From Microcoleaceae cyanobacterium (GTDB lineage Bacteria > Cyanobacteriota > Cyanobacteriia > Cyanobacteriales > Microcoleaceae), in NCBI GenBank assembly GCA_051652765.1, contig JBOFUV010000001.1, positions 1-28,955 of the forward strand: 28,955 nt of DNA. Direction: 5' to 3'. Of this stretch, positions 26,925-28,955 are shown in pieces. The translations under genes and the position numbers were made by a program. Under the pieces are notes generated by a model. That model made no database searches. It was given only the letters and a program-made list of their open reading frames with translations, and was not told the origin of the DNA. How positions within the stretch are numbered: the first letter of the stretch is position 1; each line of letters opens with the position of its first letter.

Positions 26925-28955
26925 ATGGACAACAAGAGAGACTTGCAACCGAGCAACGCTGAACAGGTTAAACCTCCCATTATTAAAAAGGCAGGAAAGT
27001 CCTCATCATCGCAAGCAGCAACCGGAGAAGGGCTGCGGCAGAAGTTACTCGACCTAGATAATGACAGCTACAAGGCGTATAAGGACATTTTGGGCAGCTA
27101 TGATTTTCAGGACTTCACATTGATTGTGGACTATGTTCAAGGTGATCCCTTTGCTGCCCCCAGTAAGTTGAGAGTTCAACTCCCTCCCAATATTTCCGGT
27201 TTTCCTCCAGAGTTATACAGCACTTCAATTCGAGAAATAGCCCTACGAGATTACCTGATTCGCCAGTTTGATCAGGTTGCCCGTGACATCAGTAATCGCC
27301 GGGGTACGGGCAAAAGTGGCATGATCCTGATTACCCAGATAGGTCAGGAAGTCTTAGAACGCAGTGCAGCCAATTTCCTGTTTATTGCCCCTCCAGCTCC
27401 AAAAGTCACCGGGGGCAATCCTGCCCTACAACGCGCCCGACCCATGCCCTCAAACAAGGCTAAGGGAGTCGAACTCCGGTTTTTTGTGGGCTTGCCTGCT
27501 ACCGGACGGTTGATTCGGGGTAGACAGGCCGCTTCAATGATTTGCGATGATATTCCTGCAATTGTTGAACGCGCACTCACCTACAAAAATCTAGATGCTG
27601 AGGCTTGCAAACGTCATGTAGAAGCGATAGAGGATGCAGAGTGGCTGCGTCAACAGCTTGGGGAACGGGATCTAGTGGCGTTCATTCCCAATGGCGCAAT
27701 TTTGCCCCGACGCAGCGGCGTTGATCCCCGTCCTTTAGAGTCCTCAGCCGCGATCCCCTTCAAGTCTCCCGAATCCCTTCAGGTCGAATTTGAATGCCCC
27801 AACGCTGGAACAATTACAGGCATGGGCATTCCCAAAGGAATTACGCTGATTGTGGGCGGCGGCTATCACGGCAAATCCACCTTACTCAAGGCCATTGAGC
27901 TGGGTGTGTACAATCACGTTCCTGGGGATGGTCGAGAGCAGGTCGTGACCCATCCGACGGCAGTGAAGATCCGAGCTGAAGATGGCCGCAGTATCGCTGG
28001 AGTTGATATTTCACCCTTTATTAATCAACTTCCCCAAGGGCGTTCTACAACGGAATTTTCAACCGAGAATGCTAGTGGCAGTACCTCCCAGGCCGCTAAT
28101 ATTATGGAGGCTCTAGAAGCCCTAGCCCTCCCCGGAGAAAATAGTGAAACTCCGCCCCTGGCTCCAGTGTTGCTGGTAGACGAAGACACGGCAGCTACAA
28201 ACTTTATGATTCGCGATCGCCGGATGCAGGCCCTGATTGCCAAGGCCCAAGAACCGATTACCCCTTTTATCGACAAAGTTCGCCAACTTTACAGTGACTA
28301 CAGCGTTTCGACGATTTTGGTCATGGGTGGCAGTGGCGACTATTTCGATGTGGCAGATACCGTGATTGGTATGGAAAATTTCCAGCCTGTAGATCTCACG
28401 GAACAGGCCAAGGCGATCGCCAGTGAATACGCGACGGGCCGAACTCTTGAAGGAGGAGAAGCCTTTGGCACAATTCAACCTCGGATTCCACTTCCCGATG
28501 GCTTAGACCCTAGTCAGGGACGGAAGGATGTCCGAGTCAAGGTGCGAGATGTGGATGAAGTCGTTTTTGGTTCAGAGGATATTGATCTATCTGGGGTAGA
28601 CCAAATTGTTTCCCCCGATCAGCTCCAAGCGATCGCCGCAGCAATGGTCTATGCGCGACGGCAGCACATTGATGGCAAAACTTTTTTACCGACGATCCTA
28701 GACCGAGTGATGGCAGAGATTGCGGCAAAGGGGCTAGACGTGCTGACCCAGTTTCCTCAGGGAGACTTGGCAATGTTCCGACGATTCGAGTTTGCGGCAG
28801 CGATTAACCGGATTCGGACGTTGGAAGTTCGGCAAACTCTATTAGACCCTAATTTAGACCCTGAGCCGCAAGACTCCTCAGAAGTAGAGCCAACAGAGGA
28901 GATGACAACGGCTGAAGGGGCAGAACTTGAAGACGTTTCGATGCCTTCAACAGAA
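26925..28955 (+). CDS. Predicted ATPase of the ABC class (ABC_ATPase family), partial at the 3' edge; absent from the ORF track
   Basis: Hand translation from the ATG at 26925 gives MDNKRDL...SYKAYKDI...DYVQGDPFAAPS, Walker A LIVGGGYHGKSTLL, KIRAEDGR, NASGSTSQAANI, Walker B VLLVDEDTAATNFM and AAINRIRTL. The start and the window end are in the same frame. Confidence 0.92.
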   Translation, partial: MDNKRDLQPSNAEQVKPPIIKKAGKSSSSQAATGEGLRQKLLDLDNDSYKAYKDILGSYDFQDFTLIVDYVQGDPFAAPSKLRVQLPPNISGFPPELYSTSIREIALRDYLIRQFDQVARDISNRRGTGKSGMILITQIGQEVLERSAANFLFIAPPAPKVTGGNPALQRARPMPSNKAKGVELRFFVGLPATGRLIRGRQAASMICDDIPAIVERALTYKNLDAEACKRHVEAIEDAEWLRQQLGERDLVAFIPNGAILPRRSGVDPRPLESSAAIPFKSPESLQVEFECPNAGTITGMGIPKGITLIVGGGYHGKSTLLKAIELGVYNHVPGDGREQVVTHPTAVKIRAEDGRSIAGVDISPFINQLPQGRSTTEFSTENASGSTSQAANIMEALEALALPGENSETPPLAPVLLVDEDTAATNFMIRDRRMQALIAKAQEPITPFIDKVRQLYSDYSVSTILVMGGSGDYFDVADTVIGMENFQPVDLTEQAKAIASEYATGRTLEGGEAFGTIQPRIPLPDGLDPSQGRKDVRVKVRDVDEVVFGSEDIDLSGVDQIVSPDQLQAIAAAMVYARRQHIDGKTFLPTILDRVMAEIAAKGLDVLTQFPQGDLAMFRRFEFAAAINRIRTLEVRQTLLDPNLDPEPQDSSEVEPTEEMTTAEGAELEDVSMPSTE

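Larger units (their letters stand above)
760..28636. repeat. HIP1 octamer GCGATCGC, dispersed (at least 17 copies)
   Basis: Seen at 760, 2186, 3890, 6314, 6554, 14344, 14575, 15288, 15549, 16267, 17027, 23840, 25565, 26295, 28213, 28413 and 28629. Fewer than one copy is expected by chance in 29 kb. Confidence 0.9.

Noticed and set aside
27344..28773. Four minus-strand ORFs listed in the track
   Set aside because: They are antisense shadows of the plus-strand ABC-class ATPase, which the track missed because it has no stop in the window.

Overview
Cyanobacterial chromosomal DNA: I counted at least 17 HIP1 octamers (GCGATCGC) by eye, and the housekeeping genes are typical. The left third looks like a lipid/polyketide locus. 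It holds a minus-strand iterative type I PKS/FAS (two tandem FabK/NMO-like enoyl-reductase domains, KS, AT, two near-identical ACPs), a divergent stand-alone ACP-sulfotransferase, and a 14-repeat FG-GAP/RTX protein. The most striking signal is at the PKS 3' end, where the ORF stops just after ACP2 at a complete bacterial -1 programmed ribosomal frameshift cassette. That cassette is an SD-like GGAG, 13 nt, an in-phase G_GGA_AAG heptamer, a 7-nt spacer and a hairpin, and the -1 frame stays open and PKS-like to the window edge. The rest is mostly core genome: an FHA protein, a MalK-type ATPase, an HD hydrolase, smpB, fumC, a GT2/GT-C pair, probable dgdA, a ferredoxin, a DMT transporter, purU, a coiled-coil protein, an M28 peptidase and an ABC-class ATPase that runs off the right edge. 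Intergenic regions carry many unrelated 11-18 nt tandem duplications and small palindromic, probably mobile-element-derived, inserts.
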